A stretch of DNA of 64,000 nt from Macrostomum hystrix (lineage: Eukaryota > Animalia > Platyhelminthes): the NCBI GenBank assembly GCA_950097015.1, contig CATNEN010000038.1:1674001-1738000 (forward strand). The letters run 5' to 3'. The notes below the pieces were generated by a model. The model made no database searches, was not told where the DNA came from, and worked only from the letters and a program-made list of their open reading frames with translations. Within the stretch, counting starts at the first letter, position 1, and each line of letters starts with the position of its first letter. A program made the translations under genes and the position numbers. Positions 36,813-50,815 of the stretch are shown here, piece by piece.

Positions 36813-39800
36813 TTACAGACCGCCTGTGCTCATCTGCTGCATGAGATATTGCTGCTGCTGACGCTGCTGCTGCTGATGCTGCTGGTGCTGCGGCTTGAGC
36901 TCGAGCTCCACCAGCAGCGAGAAATGGTCGGACGGAACGTGCGGATGCGGGCAGCCCAGAATGGCGGAGTCATGGAACCAGGACTCCGGGATCATGTCCA
37001 GGCAGCCGATGTTATTGAAGTGCCGCTCAGTGAAGAAAATGTAGTCGATGAAGCCCTTGAATTCGTAGGTGTAGTTGGTGTAGGGCATGCCGACCTCGTC
37101 CTGGTAGCACCTGGACAGGTTGAAGTCCTGCTCCAGGTATTCGGGCTGGTGCTGGGACCTGTGCGGCGTCAGGCGGTCAAGGATGCGCTCGTAGCCCAGC
37201 TCCTTGAAGTCCGGGTGAGACTTCTTCACTCGGCCGGAGGACAGGTACTCAAACACACCTGCGAGATAGAAATTGATTAGGGATCAAAAGCTTGCTGAAC
37301 ATGGACTGCTGGAATCTGAATATGGACTGCTGGAATCTGAACATGGACTGCTGGAATCTGAACATGGACTGCTGGAATCTGAACATGGACTGCTGGAATC
37401 TGAACACGGACTGCTGGAATCTGAATATGGACTGCTGGAATCTGAACATGGACTGCTGGAATCTGAACATGGACTGCTGGAATCTGAACATGGACTGCTG
37501 GAATCTGAACACGGACTGCTGGAATCTGAATATGGACTGCTGGAATCTGAACATGGACTGCTGGATTCTGAACTGTCTATTGTCTTGTCTCGATCAATTA
37601 GTGGGGCCTCACCTGAGTCTGGCAGGGAGTTGAAGTCCCCGCAGATGATCACTGGCATGCTCGTGACGTCGACGTTGCCCACACCGCCTTCAGCAGCCTG
37701 GCGCTCAGTCAGGTGGTCCTCGATCTTCTTCCACAGTGCGGACAGCAGCAGAATGGTTTGGATGAGTTTCACATCGCAGAACTCCGGGTCCCAGTGGATG
37801 TGCGCGGTGGACACGACCATCTGGCGGGGTGGCCCGCCACCAATCTCGTCGCGCACTTCAAAGATGGCCATCACGGCGATGTTGTCCTTCAGCATGACGC
37901 GATTGATCATCTCCTGGCTCTCCTGAGGTTCCACACGACGTGATGATTAGTGAGATTTGGTTTGTCTGACAATGCCCTTCCACCCACATTCAGCCACATC
38001 CATCTACTGCCCACCCACATCCATCTACTGCCCACCCACATCCATCCACTGCACACCCACATCCATCCACTGACCAGCCTCATCCATCCACTGCCCACCC
38101 ATATCCATCCACTGCACAGCCACATCCATCCACTGCACACCCATATCCATCCACTGCACACCCACATCCATCCACTGCCCACCCATATCCATCCACTGCA
38201 CAGCCATATCCATCCACTGCACAGCCACATCCATCCACTGCACACCCATATCCATCCACTGCACACCCACATCCATCCACTGCCCACCCATATCCATCCA
38301 CTGCACAGCCACATTCATCCACTGCCCATCCAAATCCACCCACATCCATTCAATGCCTACCCACATCCACCAACATCTACCCACTGCCCAACCACATCCA
38401 CCAACATCTACCCACTGCCCACCCACATCCAACAACATCTACCCACCCACTGCCCACCCACTTCCACCAACATCTACCCACCCAATCATCTTGCAAACCT
38501 TGCAGTCCGTCTCGTATCGTTCAACGGCCATGCGCGAGAACTCGATGACGTCCTCCTTGATCAGGGAGAAGCGCTCCTTCTTCCAGAAGATGGCGACGCC
38601 ATCAACGTAGCGGCCCTCGCTGGCTGACATGGTCTTGGCGCGACTCTTCGGGCTGAAGATGCCATCGTAGCCGTCTTTGGCAAGCTCGGGCTTGAAGAAC
38701 ACCGAGTACTGCTCAGTCTCCACCTCCTGCAGGCAGATGATGTCGGCCTGGTAGACCCGGATCTCCGTCATGATGCCACGGCGCCGGTAATCCCAGAGTA
38801 GAGCCCAGCTGGGGCAGTAGGGGTACTGCTTGCGTGTGGCGTAGCCTTCGCACAGCACATTGTAGCACATCAGGGTGAAGGCGATGCTCTCGTTAACATC
38901 CGACGGATTGCGCAGATAGCGCCAGTTCCGACTTGGCGGAGGCGGCGGAGGCATCGACAGGCCTTGGAGTGGGAATTAGATTGATAATATTGAATGGAGG
39001 ATTGATAATAGCTCGTATTTAATGGAGGATTGATAATATTAAATGGAGGATTGATAATATTCAATGGAGGATAGATAATATTCAATGGAGGATTGATAGT
39101 ATTCAATGGAGGATTGATAATATTAAATGGAGGATTGATAATATTGCATAGAGGATTGATCATATTCAATGGAGGATTGATCATATTCAATGGAGGATTG
39201 ATCATATTCAATGGAGGATTGATCATATTCAATGGAGGATTGATCATATTCAATGGAGGATTGATAATATTAAATGGAGGATTGATAATATTCAATGGAG
39301 GATTGATAATATTCAATAGAGGATTGATAGTATTCAATGGAGGATTGATAATATTGAATAGAGGATTGATCATATTCAATGGAGGATTGATAATATTCAA
39401 TAGAGGATTGATAGTATTCAATGGAGGATTGATAATATTGAATAGAGGATTGATCATATTCAAGGGAGGGTTGATCATATTCAATGGAGGATTGATCATA
39501 TTCAATGGAGGATTGATCATATTCAATGGAGGATTGATCATATTCAATGGAGGATTGATCATATTCAATGGAGGATTGATATTATTCAATGGAGGATTGA
39601 TAATATTCAATGGAGGATTGATATTATTCAATGGAGGATTGATAATATTCAATGGAGGATTGATAATATTCAATAGAGGATTGATAGTATTCAATGGAGG
39701 ATTGATAATATTGAATAGAGGATTGATCATATTCAATGGAGGATTGATAATATTCAATAGAGGATTGATAGTATTCAATGGAGGATTGATAATATTGAAT

Positions 39801-42800
39801 AGAGGATTGATCATATTCAAGGGAGGATTGATCATATTCAATGGAGGATTGATCATATTCAATAGAGGATTGATCATATTCAATGGAGGATTGATATTAT
39901 TCAATGGAGGATTGATAATATTCAATGGAGGATTGATATTATTCAATGGAGGATTGATAATATTCAATGGAGGATTGATAATATTCAATGGAGGATTGAT
40001 ATTATTCAATGGAGGATTGATAATATTCAATGGAGGATTGATAATATTCAATAGAGGATTGATAGTATTCAATGGAGGATTGATAATATTGAATAGAGGA
40101 TTGATCATATTCAATGGAGGATTGATAATATTCAATAGAGGATTGATAGTATTCAATGGAGGATTGATAATATTGAATAGAGGATTGATCATATTCAATG
40201 GAGGATTGATCATATTCAATGGAGGATTGATCATATTCAATGGAGGATTGATCATATTCAATGGAGGATTGATATTATTCAATGGAGGATTGATAATATT
40301 CAATGGAGGATTGATATTATTCAATGGAGGATTGATAATATTCAATGGAGGATTGATAATATTCAATAGAGGATTGATAGTATTCAATGGAGGATTGATA
40401 ATATTGAATAGAGGATTGATCATATTCAATGGAGGATTGATAATATTCAATAGAGGATTGATAGTATTCAATGGAGGATTGATAATATTGAATAGAGGAT
40501 TGATCATATTCAAGGGAGGGTTGATCATATTCAATGGAGGATTGATCATATTCAATGGAGGATTGATCATATTCAATGGAGGATTGATCATATTCAATGG
40601 AGGATTGATCATATTCAATGGAGGATTGATATTATTCAATGGAGGATTGATAATATTCAATGGAGGATTGATATTATTCAATGGAGGATTGATAATATTC
40701 AATGGAGGATTGATAATATTCAATAGAGGATTGATAGTATTCAATGGAGGATTGATAATATTGAATAGAGGATTGATCATATTCAATGGAGGATTGATAA
40801 TATTCAATAGAGGATTGATAGTATTCAATGGAGGATTGATAATATTGAATAGAGGATTGATCATATTCAAGGGAGGATTGATCATATTCAATGGAGGATT
40901 GATCATATTCAATAGAGGATTGATCATATTCAATGGAGGATTGATATTATTCAATGGAGGATTGATAATATTCAATGGAGGATTGATATTATTCAATGGA
41001 GGATTGATAATATTCAATGGAGGATTGATAATATTCAATGGAGGATTGATATTATTCAATGGAGGATTGATAATATTCAATGGAGGATTGATAATATTCA
41101 ATAGAGGATTGATAGTATTCAATGGAGGATTGATAATATTGAATAGAGGATTGATCATATTCAATGGAGGATTGATAATATTCAATAGAGGATTGATAGT
41201 ATTCAATGGAGGATTGATAATATTGAATAGAGGATTGATCATATTCAATGGAGGATTGATCATATTCAATGGAGGATTGATCATATTCAATGGAGGATTG
41301 ATCATATTCAATGGAGGATTGATATTATTCAATGGAGGATTGATAATATTCAATGGAGGATTGATATTATTCAATGGAGGATTGATAATATTCAATGGAG
41401 GATTGATAATATTCAATAGAGGATTGATAGTATTCAATGGAGGATTGATAATATTGAATAGAGGATTGATCATATTCAATGGAGGATTGATAATATTCAA
41501 TAGAGGATTGATAGTATTCAATGGAGGATTGATAATATTGAATAGAGGATTGATCATATTCAAGGGAGGATTGATCATATTCAATGGAGGATTGATCATA
41601 TTCAATAGAGGATTGATCATATTCAATGGAGGATTGATCATATTCAATGGAGGATTGATATTATTCAATGGAGAATTGATAATATTCAATGGAGGATTGA
41701 TAATATTCAATGGAGGATAGATAATATTCAATGGAGGATTGATAATATTCAATGGAGGATAGATAATATTCAATGGAGGATTGATAATATTGAAAACAGG
41801 ATTGATAATGGAGGATTGATAATATTGAAAACAGGATTGATAATGGAGGATTGATAATATTGAAAGCAGGATTGATAATGGAGGATTGATAATATTGAAT
41901 ACAGGATTGATAATGGAGGATTGATAATATTGAATACAGGATTGATAATGGAGGATTGATAATATTGTAAGTAAATAAGATTTGATAAGTGCATCGACAC
42001 GGTTAAATGGTGTATTGATATGGCTACTCGTGGTTTATTATTTATTATTTATTTGTATCACAAATAAATGTTAGACTATCTATTGTTAGCTCACTTTCAT
42101 TGTCCAGATACCAGGCCAGCATGCGGTGGACGCCCTCAGTGTTGTAGATCTGGGCCACATCCTGGCTCAGAGGGTTGTTGTGCAGATTCAACACGCTCAG
42201 TTGAAATAGGCGACCGATTTGCATTGGCAGGTTGCGAATTTGATTGCCCTGCGGTTTGCAAATAATTCAGCCGTGTTTGCGGATTCCAGGAAATCAACTA
42301 TTTGAAATTCTATTCAGATTCCAAGAAATGGACTTGGCCCAATAGGGAGTCATAGCCCTCTGGTTAGAGCGTCGGACTCACGACTTGAAGGTCGGGGTTC
42401 GATTCCCAACTTCAGTGAATCAATTTTTGTCAGGGGCAGGTTTAGCAGGGGGCAATAAGGGGTGGGTGTGGCGTCCTCCCAGTCCATGGACAGCTTTCTG
42501 ATGCGCCGCGCAATAGCTGCGGCTGTGCTGTCGGCTGCATATGCGGTCCAATCGGGGCAGGTGGGAAAGTGTTGAAATATTAGCAGTATCCGAACCTGAA
42601 GATGCAGTTCTTTCAGCTCAGTGAGGGCCCCAATCTGCGGCGGCAGGGCTTTGAGCAGGTTGTAGGACAGATCCAGGTGCACCAGATTCTTGAGCAGTGA
42701 TATCTCAGGGGGCAGGCAGGTGAGCTGGTTGTGCGCCATGTACAGATACCTGAGATAGCTCATGTTGCACAGATCAGGCGGGAAGATGTGAATATTGCCA

Positions 42801-42916
42801 ACAATCTCCAGCTGTTCCCAACTGGGCTGGGCGCCCTGCTCTTTGTCTTCGGGTGTGAGGAACACAACTTGCTTCAGGTTGTTCCGGCCAGGTTCCCACT
42901 TTCGTTTGCGTTGCAT
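36813..42916 (-). CDS. CNOT6: CCR4-NOT subunit 6 (CCR4 deadenylase, LRR + EEP nuclease); exons 42596-42916, 42095-42248, 38499-38962, 37613-37922, 36813-37258
   Basis: LRRs (LPPEISLLKNLVHLDLSYNLL; LPMQIGRLFQL..LNLHNNPL) and EEP motifs MCYNVLC, YCPSWALLWDYRR, DIICLQEVE, HIHWDPEFCDVKLIQT, CGDFNSLPDSG, IDYIFF, PSDHFSL. Confidence 0.96.
37297..37572. repeat. 21-bp minisatellite (GAACATGGACTGCTGGAATCT)n, ~13 copies, CNOT6 intron 4
   Basis: Tandem repeat. Confidence 0.96.
37980..38485. repeat. 21-bp minisatellite (CACATCCATCCACTGCCCACC)n, degenerate at one end, CNOT6 intron 3
   Basis: Tandem repeat. Confidence 0.93.
38980..41965. repeat. ~3-kb 21-bp minisatellite (TTGATAATATTCAATGGAGGA)n with a 1050-bp higher-order period, changing to a 35-bp unit after ~41780; CNOT6 intron 2
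   Basis: The rare variant CAAGGGAGG recurs at 39461/40511/41561 and at 39818/40868 (spacing 1050 = 50 x 21). Confidence 0.97.
42345..42565 (+). mobile_element. SINE family A copy lacking the CORE-like middle, CNOT6 intron 1
   Basis: Same head (GCGTCGGACTCACGACTTGAAGGTCGGGGTTCGATTCCC) and same 3' part (GTGTGGCGTCCTCCCAGTCCATGGA...CGGCTGCA...GGGGCAGGTG) as the copy at 6189. Confidence 0.85.
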
Positions 42917-43959
42917 GATTTTAGTTTCTCTTGATTTTTAAAGACGCTTAAATTATTCTGTAATACAACTCCAAAGCACTGATTTAAATGCAGTGATGCT
43001 TATTTAGCAATGAACTGTTAGACAAAAATATGCAATCCAAACACTTATTATTAGAGGCTGAAAATTAGTAGAGTAATATTCAAAGTTATAAGAAGCAATG
43101 AAAGAAAATATTACCTTTTGCAACCAGCTAAAATCCTTATAAAATTTTTATAGATACAACTAACTTGCCAAAGCAGAGTATCTTGGTTAATAAATAAAAT
43201 AAATTTTTGTCCATTCATTCAAAAGAATTTTTTTAATAGAAAAACTAAATACATTCTATAAATTATTCTATAAATATCTATAAAATTGTGTTTATAGAAA
43301 CAAAAGCAAGCTAAAATGCATGCTTTTAGAGTTGACAAAGAAAAATATTAATTATGTATGATTTATATTTTCTTGCACACCAAAAATTATTGTGACTTGT
43401 GCATATTAGGAAGCTATAGATATGTAATAAGAGTATTTAAACTGTCTATTGATTGTACTTAAAATTCAGCATCAAGTACAAATTATTGTTTTAGTATATA
43501 TTTTGTTATATGTTTTATGAATACAGCAAGAGTCAGCAAATTAGGAAATTGAGACATTATAAATGACAAAATAAAAATACTTCCTAGATTATAACTCTGT
43601 GATTATATAGTTCTCAGTAACTCACATTAAATCAGTAATAATTAACTACATAGCTGAGCCTTTTGTTACTTTGTATTATTTGCATTACAATTTTGAAAAG
43701 TGAAAACTGTAACTTACTGGGCGAATAATTTTTCTTTTACTTTGTCAGCTATGTTGCGGTAACTGATAATATACTTGGAGAGTAGAATATGAAAATTAAC
43801 CTTCTATGAACAAACAGAACAAAAAAAATATTTTAGCATGAATGTATACAATATGTTTATGATATGCTCACAATATATACTGCCACAGTAAATTTTACTT
43901 TACATAGTAAAGTAAAAGTGACCAAAAGTGAAAAATTGGCCCAAGAAAATTGATGACTC

Positions 43960-44202
43960 TGTAGCGGGTTGCCGAGTTGGCTTCGCTAACGAGTTTGTGT
44001 TTATTTGAGTTCGCAAAAAGGGGTGAGGGCTCTGTGCCCGAGACAAAGAGCCTTATAAAGGCCAGCGCGACTTCTCCATGTCCCCAACCCCACTGAGGAT
44101 TGCAAACCAATGCGACTGCGCGAGCAGGGGTGACGCATCCGCCCAGACCGTGGTGTGATGTCTGGGGCCAGCTGTCTGGGGTAGAGTGCACTCTCCGCCA
44201 CA
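43960..44202 (-). mobile_element. Solo LTR, 243 bp (4-bp TSD, consistent with Ty3/Gypsy)
   Basis: TG...CA termini with inverted ends TGTAGCGG / CCGCCACA. TSD ACTC at 43956-43959 and 44203-44206. TATA-like TTTATAAG then AATAAA on the minus strand. Confidence 0.8.
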
Positions 44203-47200
44203 ACTCTTTGATTTTTTCAAAAAAAACCATAACAACAACTCCAACTTTCACCCAAAATAACTCTGACTTTCACCTGTGTAGGAATATGATGTATATCTTT
44301 CCAATTTTCATCGATATTCATCTGTACATGATGAACCAACTGCTACACGACTTTCGCCTGACACTGAAGACCCGACTTTCATCTATATCCATCTGTACAT
44401 GTACATGCTTATTAAATAGAGACTTTAGTTGGCGTTTTAACTAGGAGGGAATCTGAAGAGTAGTATGTTACTTGTGTGCAAATAGAAAACATAGAAAATT
44501 GCCTAATACTATCTGCATACGCAATGGCAAAAAAGTTAAGACAGTATATTGTAGACAAGATCATGTTGCAATCAGGACACCTTTCAGTTTTTTTGCACTG
44601 CTCACAGTTATTTTGTTAGTGTAATTATAATGGCACTTGTTTACAATAGATACTTGAGAACTGTCAGAAAATATAATCTACATTCCTGTTGATTGCATGT
44701 GCAGCAACTGGTAGCCAAAGCAAGGTAAAAACTGCTTAAGCATTAAACGAGGAATGAAATTCAGGTGAGAGTCATGGAAGAATTGATCCAAAATGGCCTT
44801 TCCATACAGTCAGTCAATTTGATCCAACACAGAGCAGATTAAATTCGGGTGAGAGTTGTGGAAAAATCAGTCCAAAACTTTCCAAACAGTCAGCCTATTT
44901 TGATCCAACACAGTGCAGATGAAATTCGGCTCTAAAACAGTTCAAAATTGGGTCGAAATGACATTTTGTGTGAATTTTGGTCCAAAATTGAATCAACAGT
45001 CTGCAAAATATTGGAGTTGAGTCCCAGTGGGATATGGCACATGATCACATCATGGTGTATGCCATGCCAAAAAAATAGACACAGTGTGCAGATTACAATT
45101 AGGCTACATTAGATCTAGTCACAGAGACTTTAGAAGGCTATAGGGGACTAGGTGTAAATGGCACGGGCCTACCTATCACATGAAAAAATGGGTTGCTTCT
45201 GGCTCACACATGGTATGATCCTGACTATGGCCTTGTTACTATTGGCAACATTCTTTTCAGGGTGGCACTCTAGCTACTAAGCTATCTGAGTGCATGAAAA
45301 TGCCAATGACATCTGAGTGGCTTATAGGTGTTGTTTGCTGGCACCTTGTTGTTTGTCACAATATATATATATCAATAAAAAAAGCAGAAAACTGTAGTTG
45401 TAAAATCAATTTGAATTAAATGTGCAAAATTAGAGGAAACTAGTGAAACTATATGTTCTATGACTCTATCACTATTTTCTTGACTTCTAGCTAGCTAGCT
45501 CCAGCTGCAGGTGAGAAATTTAAAAATAATCACACTGTCTGAAACGTCTTATGAATATGTCATCTGGGCTTTAGACAATTTTGTTACATATCTAATATAC
45601 TAAAATGTAATGCTTGGTTGCTTGTGATACAACTAAAAAGAATTACTTCCTAACAAAAAATGCTACAGCTACAACACCACACAGTAGACGGCATATGCCA
45701 TATGCCATATATGCCATATGCATAGGCCATAGCCTGCAGTCCAGCAAAGGCTGGACTGCAGCCTGCAGGCAAGCAGTGGGAGTAATAAGAGAGAGTGCTA
45801 TTAAGAGCCTTCAATCTAAAATATTCATAGCATCGCTTGGTCCGTGCGCCAGTAGAAGTAAATAGCTAATCAGGGTGTCAATATACTTTTAAGTTTATCA
45901 AGATTTTATATAGTTAGTTTTACTAAGCAATCAAGATTTTCATTTTAGTATTAGGCCCTAGTACAGTAGACGTTTAGCAAATTTATAGTTTGTTGGAATT
46001 TCTAAGAAGCATTTTCATTTATTTTTGTGTTGATAACTCTCTAGGTGATTTTAACAAAACATTAGGCCCTAGCATGCGTCCTAAGGACTATCGTCAAACG
46101 TTAAAGCTAGAGATATTTTTCAAAAAAATAATATACTAATCGAAATTAAAATTATTTTTACACAAACAGTTACTCTTGATTCGTTACATTTACACAATTC
46201 AGCGCACTAAATATCCACCTAAATTGACGCCAGCGTTGTATAATGTGAGCATTAGCCGTAGATCAAATCAGATTTTTTATTTTCTTACGATTGCTTAAAG
46301 TGAATTTATTTTGCCCTTTAGACTGCTAGATATCCTACATTTCAATGCTTCAACGGAGGATCACTCTAAATTTGCTCTTTCACTCATCGCCAGTTAATTT
46401 TTTCAAGTGCTTATTCTTGAGAGATACAACAATATCTTTTAATATTTTATAAGTAAGTCAGATCTGGCTAGTTGAAAAATTCAGATTGTCAACTAGGGGA
46501 GCTACTATAGTTCACATGCAAATCCTGGAAAATTATTCTTCTGTTTAAAGAAAATTATTCATCTTCTATTCTTCAGCGTTGTGGTACTGAAATTTTGTGG
46601 TTGATGTAATTTTGGTGTTGCGATGTTTAGCTGCAGTACGTAAAGCTCAGGTTTGTGAAATTTTGGGTTTTGGACGCTGCAAAATTGTGGAATTTCGGGT
46701 TTAGGAAAGCTAAAGCACCGCTTATGCATGGGTGCTATGGCTGCAGTGAATCTTAAAAATTAATTAAAGAAAAAAGTAGTAAAGTAGCTTGCGCAATTGA
46801 AGACAAAATTAGTCGATTAAGTCGACACTGCCCGGTACTATAAAATCTTCTTATTCTGGAGCCCCTTTAATAATGTGTTTATATGCGATATTTTCTATTG
46901 GTCGACTCGCAATAAACTTAAGGCATGCAGCTTCGACAAGCTAAGATTCTTTAGAGCCTAGCACAATTATTATCTTTTGCGCTAGGGCAGCTAGCTATAG
47001 GACACTGAATGAGAATTATGATGAAGAAACTCAACGGCAATTCCACGCCAATTCCATTGTCGCCGAAGACAATAAACAGCAATATAAAAATTAATGCGTC
47101 GGTACGCTTTATTTAAACAAAACACGATATATAACGATATAGTCTAGCATTTATTGTTTTTTTTCAGAGGCAGTATTAGCATTGCATGATGATGACAATT

Positions 47201-47678
47201 ATTATAATACTGCCCTATTCTGTACATGCACTAATTAGATTCAAATGGATTTATTAAGACGCTGAGTTTATTTGGCTCAGTAAATTTGTTAATATTGTTG
47301 GGTTTAAATTGAACTAAAGGATACTGCAGAGGCTGCTATTATTGTAGTAGTAGTGCTTGCAGCAGCAGACCGAATACTTTCTGAAATTATAATTTTTGCG
47401 TGTTGTGGATGCACTGTTGCGATCTTTAAAAGAACGCGCGCCGTACTTGATAACAGGGAAAAGAAGTACGTATTACGCTTTCAATAATTATCGCCATTCC
47501 ATACAGCTATACAGTGATTATTTAATAGCTATCGATTCATTGGTTTTTGTGTCCCTACCTGATTTCTTGAGGAAATTATGAAGAACTCGAAAAATGCACT
47601 TGATCAATATACGCCCATTATCAGAACCAACTCCCCAAAGCAAACTAGTGAGAGTGTGACAGTAAAAATTGGGTAGAT

Positions 47679-47986
47679 CAGGGGTAGGCAAACTTATTTG
47701 CTGGCGGGCCAAAGAGAGAGCCCAAAAGACGACAGCGGGCCGCATTGACTGTATAAGTATGAGATAGGGGAGAGATGAGACACGGGAGAGATTAGATACG
47801 AGAGCGATGAGACACGGGAGAGATTAGACACGGGAGAGATTAGTATACGAGAGCGATGAGACACGGGAGAGATTAGACACGAGAGAGATGAAACAGGACA
47901 CTGTAGATGTCAGAAGGGGCAACGGGCCGGATTTGGGAGCTTCGAGTGCCGTATCTGGCCCGCGGGCCGGAGTTTGCCGACCCCCG
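47679..47986. mobile_element. hAT-type MITE
   Basis: TIRs CAGGGGTAGGCAAAC / GTTTGCCGACCCCCG and a perfect 8-bp TSD GGGTAGAT; internal short GAGACACGGGAGAGAT repeat. Confidence 0.9.
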
Positions 47987-48389
47987 GGGTAGATGTACGC
48001 AACTGTGTGAGGACATACACCCTCTTGGTATACGTATCACCTGTGGGGGATCATGATTCCGCGGTAAGGGTACTATTGCCCCTGGCTAGCTTCAGACAGA
48101 CTTTTGTAAAACCCGTACATCAATTAGACCTCGGCTGACCGACGTCACCGATGACAAATGGGAACTTTTACTTTACGCTGATTAAATCTGACGAAACGAA
48201 ACTTGCAAATGCTACAAAACCTAGAAAAATATTTAAAGCAGCAAAAATCATCTTAAACGCGCGAACGTTGGCTGAACGTCGGTGCAATATACACTCGAAA
48301 AAGTTCCCATTTTCCATCGAAGACGCTCGACGTCGGTGTCTGTCGCGCGGGAAAAGTCGCTTCAGTGCCCCACAGCTCTCCTACACCCT

Positions 48390-48755
48390 AATAATAATAA
48401 TAATAATAATAATCACAGGGGGGCTGCGGGCAATGGCACATCATTTGATGTCAGTAGACCCGCAGCCAGCGAGGAGGCCATTCCGCCCATTCTACTGACT
48501 CCTAAACACACACGCACTGAGATACTGTACGCAGGCACTCGCTCACACAGGTTGTACATCTGCCCTGACTTCTTATCGTCGGGCAGTGTACACTTTCACT
48601 TTGCCTTGGAAGTAGGCCCTAGTATAGATGGAGTAAATTGCACGACAAGCCCCTAAGACTTCTCCCCAGATGAATGTGGCCTCGCCTCGGGAATCGAGCT
48701 CAGGGACATTAGTTTGAGAGGCAAATGCTCTGCCACTCACCTCCTACTTACCCCC
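48390..48755 (-). mobile_element. tRNA-derived SINE family B, near full length
   Basis: Colinear with 62520-62888; (TTA)n tail on the minus strand. Confidence 0.85.
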
Positions 48756-50211
48756 TGAAATACAAAACTTTTGTTCCGCCCGGTGTATGGGCATTCTCCC
48801 GGACCAACTCTTTGCTGCGCCTTGAACCACGCCTCACTTCAATCGACGCGGCCGCATCGCCAGCGAATTTTACAATTTTCCAACACAGTTGCTTCAACTG
48901 TCTTTGAATGCCCCGAAGCTCCATGCACCCATACCCTATGACTCATTTCCAGCGGACCTGGCATGATTTTTGTGTCCGAGGACGCACAAGAACAATTTCT
49001 GCACTCTGTCCTCTTTGTACTACGAGCGTACTACCAATAATAATATTATTGTAAACTAAATGCACATTCTGCCAAACAACATACTGCCTGTACTTGTCGC
49101 ACTTGCTACAGAACCAGCTTTGACAGCAGCGTTTCCGATGAACACCTCTGCAGCAGCAAGGCCGGACATCATTCTTCCATTCCTTGTACCTCCTGGAGGA
49201 TCTGAAGAATTGTTTTCAAAATAAAACGGTGACCCGTTCAGAGAACTCATTAATTGGCGTTGGTCTTACTTGCAGTCGGAGCATCCGGGACAGCACGGTC
49301 CGCTGTGCGTCATGGTCAAACAGTGTGCCGTGGCACCGAGTCTTCTGGATTTGATTTTAACAAATTTTCAAATACAGCCTAGTTTATAATAGCTTAATAA
49401 ATAGTTTAATTCACGGAAGAGCAACTTTTTTACATCCTTGTTCCAGTTAGGAGGGCATTGTCCATTCAATGATATTTCATCAGACTCTGCGCAGTTGCTA
49501 AATAAAGTTCGTTTACGAATGCAGCTGCACTGTATGTACATAAATTATTAGAATTTGAGTAGCTCATTCATTAGCAAAGCAAGGCAGATGCAGGTGTATA
49601 CCACTCGACATCTGCATCTATGCATCGCCTACGAAAAGCAATGAAAAGTTTCTGCGCTTAATATCTGCATTGTCGAAATATACCACACCGTGGGCTGTGT
49701 AAAAAGAAACAATAGCTGATTAGAAGAAAGACAAACTAAAACAAAAAATATTTCTAAACAGTATAGAAAGATCTAGGCCTGTAATTAAAATACCCACATT
49801 CTTTTTTTCTGTATCTCATGAAATATTGGACCAACGACTACCAGAATTACAAAACATCGTATAAATATTCAACGATTCTAGTCAGGGTAGTGAAATCATC
49901 AATACGTATATCATACATATTATTTCCGCTCACAAAACTTGATCATGTAACCACGTGGCTGTTATTGTTGATTCAATTGAGCTGATTAAACTTTTAATTA
50001 TTATCTACATTATTGAATCGATATGAATTCGCCATAAAGGTTTTGTGCAGAGCAATTTTTGTTGTCATCGTCACCTGGACAATTCAGCGAAGAATGCTGA
50101 TGTCGAACGGCTTTGAAAGCTAGTTTATCTTTAAGCGCAGAAAATGTTGATTATTTTGCTGGACTTTGAACTTTCAAGAAAATCTATCCTGAAGTAGTCT
50201 TTCCCCTAGGG

Positions 50212-50815
50212 CAGGGGTCGGCAACCTTATATACCCCGCGGGCTAAAGAGAGAATCTTAAAGACGACGGTGGGCCGCATGAAGAAAGGGGACAGATCAGA
50301 GACAGGAGAGATCAGAGAAAGGAGAGATCAGAGACAGGAGAGATCAGAGACAGGAGAGATCAGAGACAGGAGAGATCAGAGACAGGAGAGATCAGAGACA
50401 GGAGAGATCAGAGACAGGAGAGATCAGAGACAGGAGAGATCAGAGACAGCAGAGATCAGAGACAGGAGAGATCAGAGACAGCAGAGATCATAGACAGACA
50501 GGAGAGATCAGAGACAGGAGAGATCAGAGACAGGAGAGATCAGAGACAGCAGAGATCAGAGACAGGAGAGATCAGAGACAGGAGAGATAAGTGAGAGATA
50601 AGACAAGGGAGAGATGGGACAAAGGAGTGATGAGACAGGGGAGGGATGAGACAGGGGAGAGATGAGGCAGGGGAGTGATGAGACAGGGGAGGGATGAGAC
50701 AGGGGAGAGATGAGACAGGGTGTACTGTAGAGTAGGTGTTAGGAGGAGCTAAGGGCCGGATTTGGGAGCTTCGAGGGCCGCATCTGGCCCGCGGGCCGGA
50801 GGTTGCCGACAACTG
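50212..50815. mobile_element. hAT-type MITE, same family as 47679, with expanded internal minisatellite
   Basis: TIRs CAGGGGTCGGCAACC / GGTTGCCGACAACTG and TSD CCCTAGGG/CCCTAGAG. Internal 14-16 bp GAGACAGGAGAGAT(CA) array of ~430 bp. Confidence 0.9.

Noticed and set aside
38870-41773. 967-aa and 875-aa ORFs with LRR-like NPPLNII / GGLIIFN repeats
   Set aside because: Translations of the 21-bp intronic minisatellite. The sense ORF is out of frame with the next CNOT6 exon, and the flanking exons splice in phase without it.
49056-49350. Cys-containing short ORF or transposase remnant
   Set aside because: No recognisable domain, stops in alternative frames, no supporting exons.
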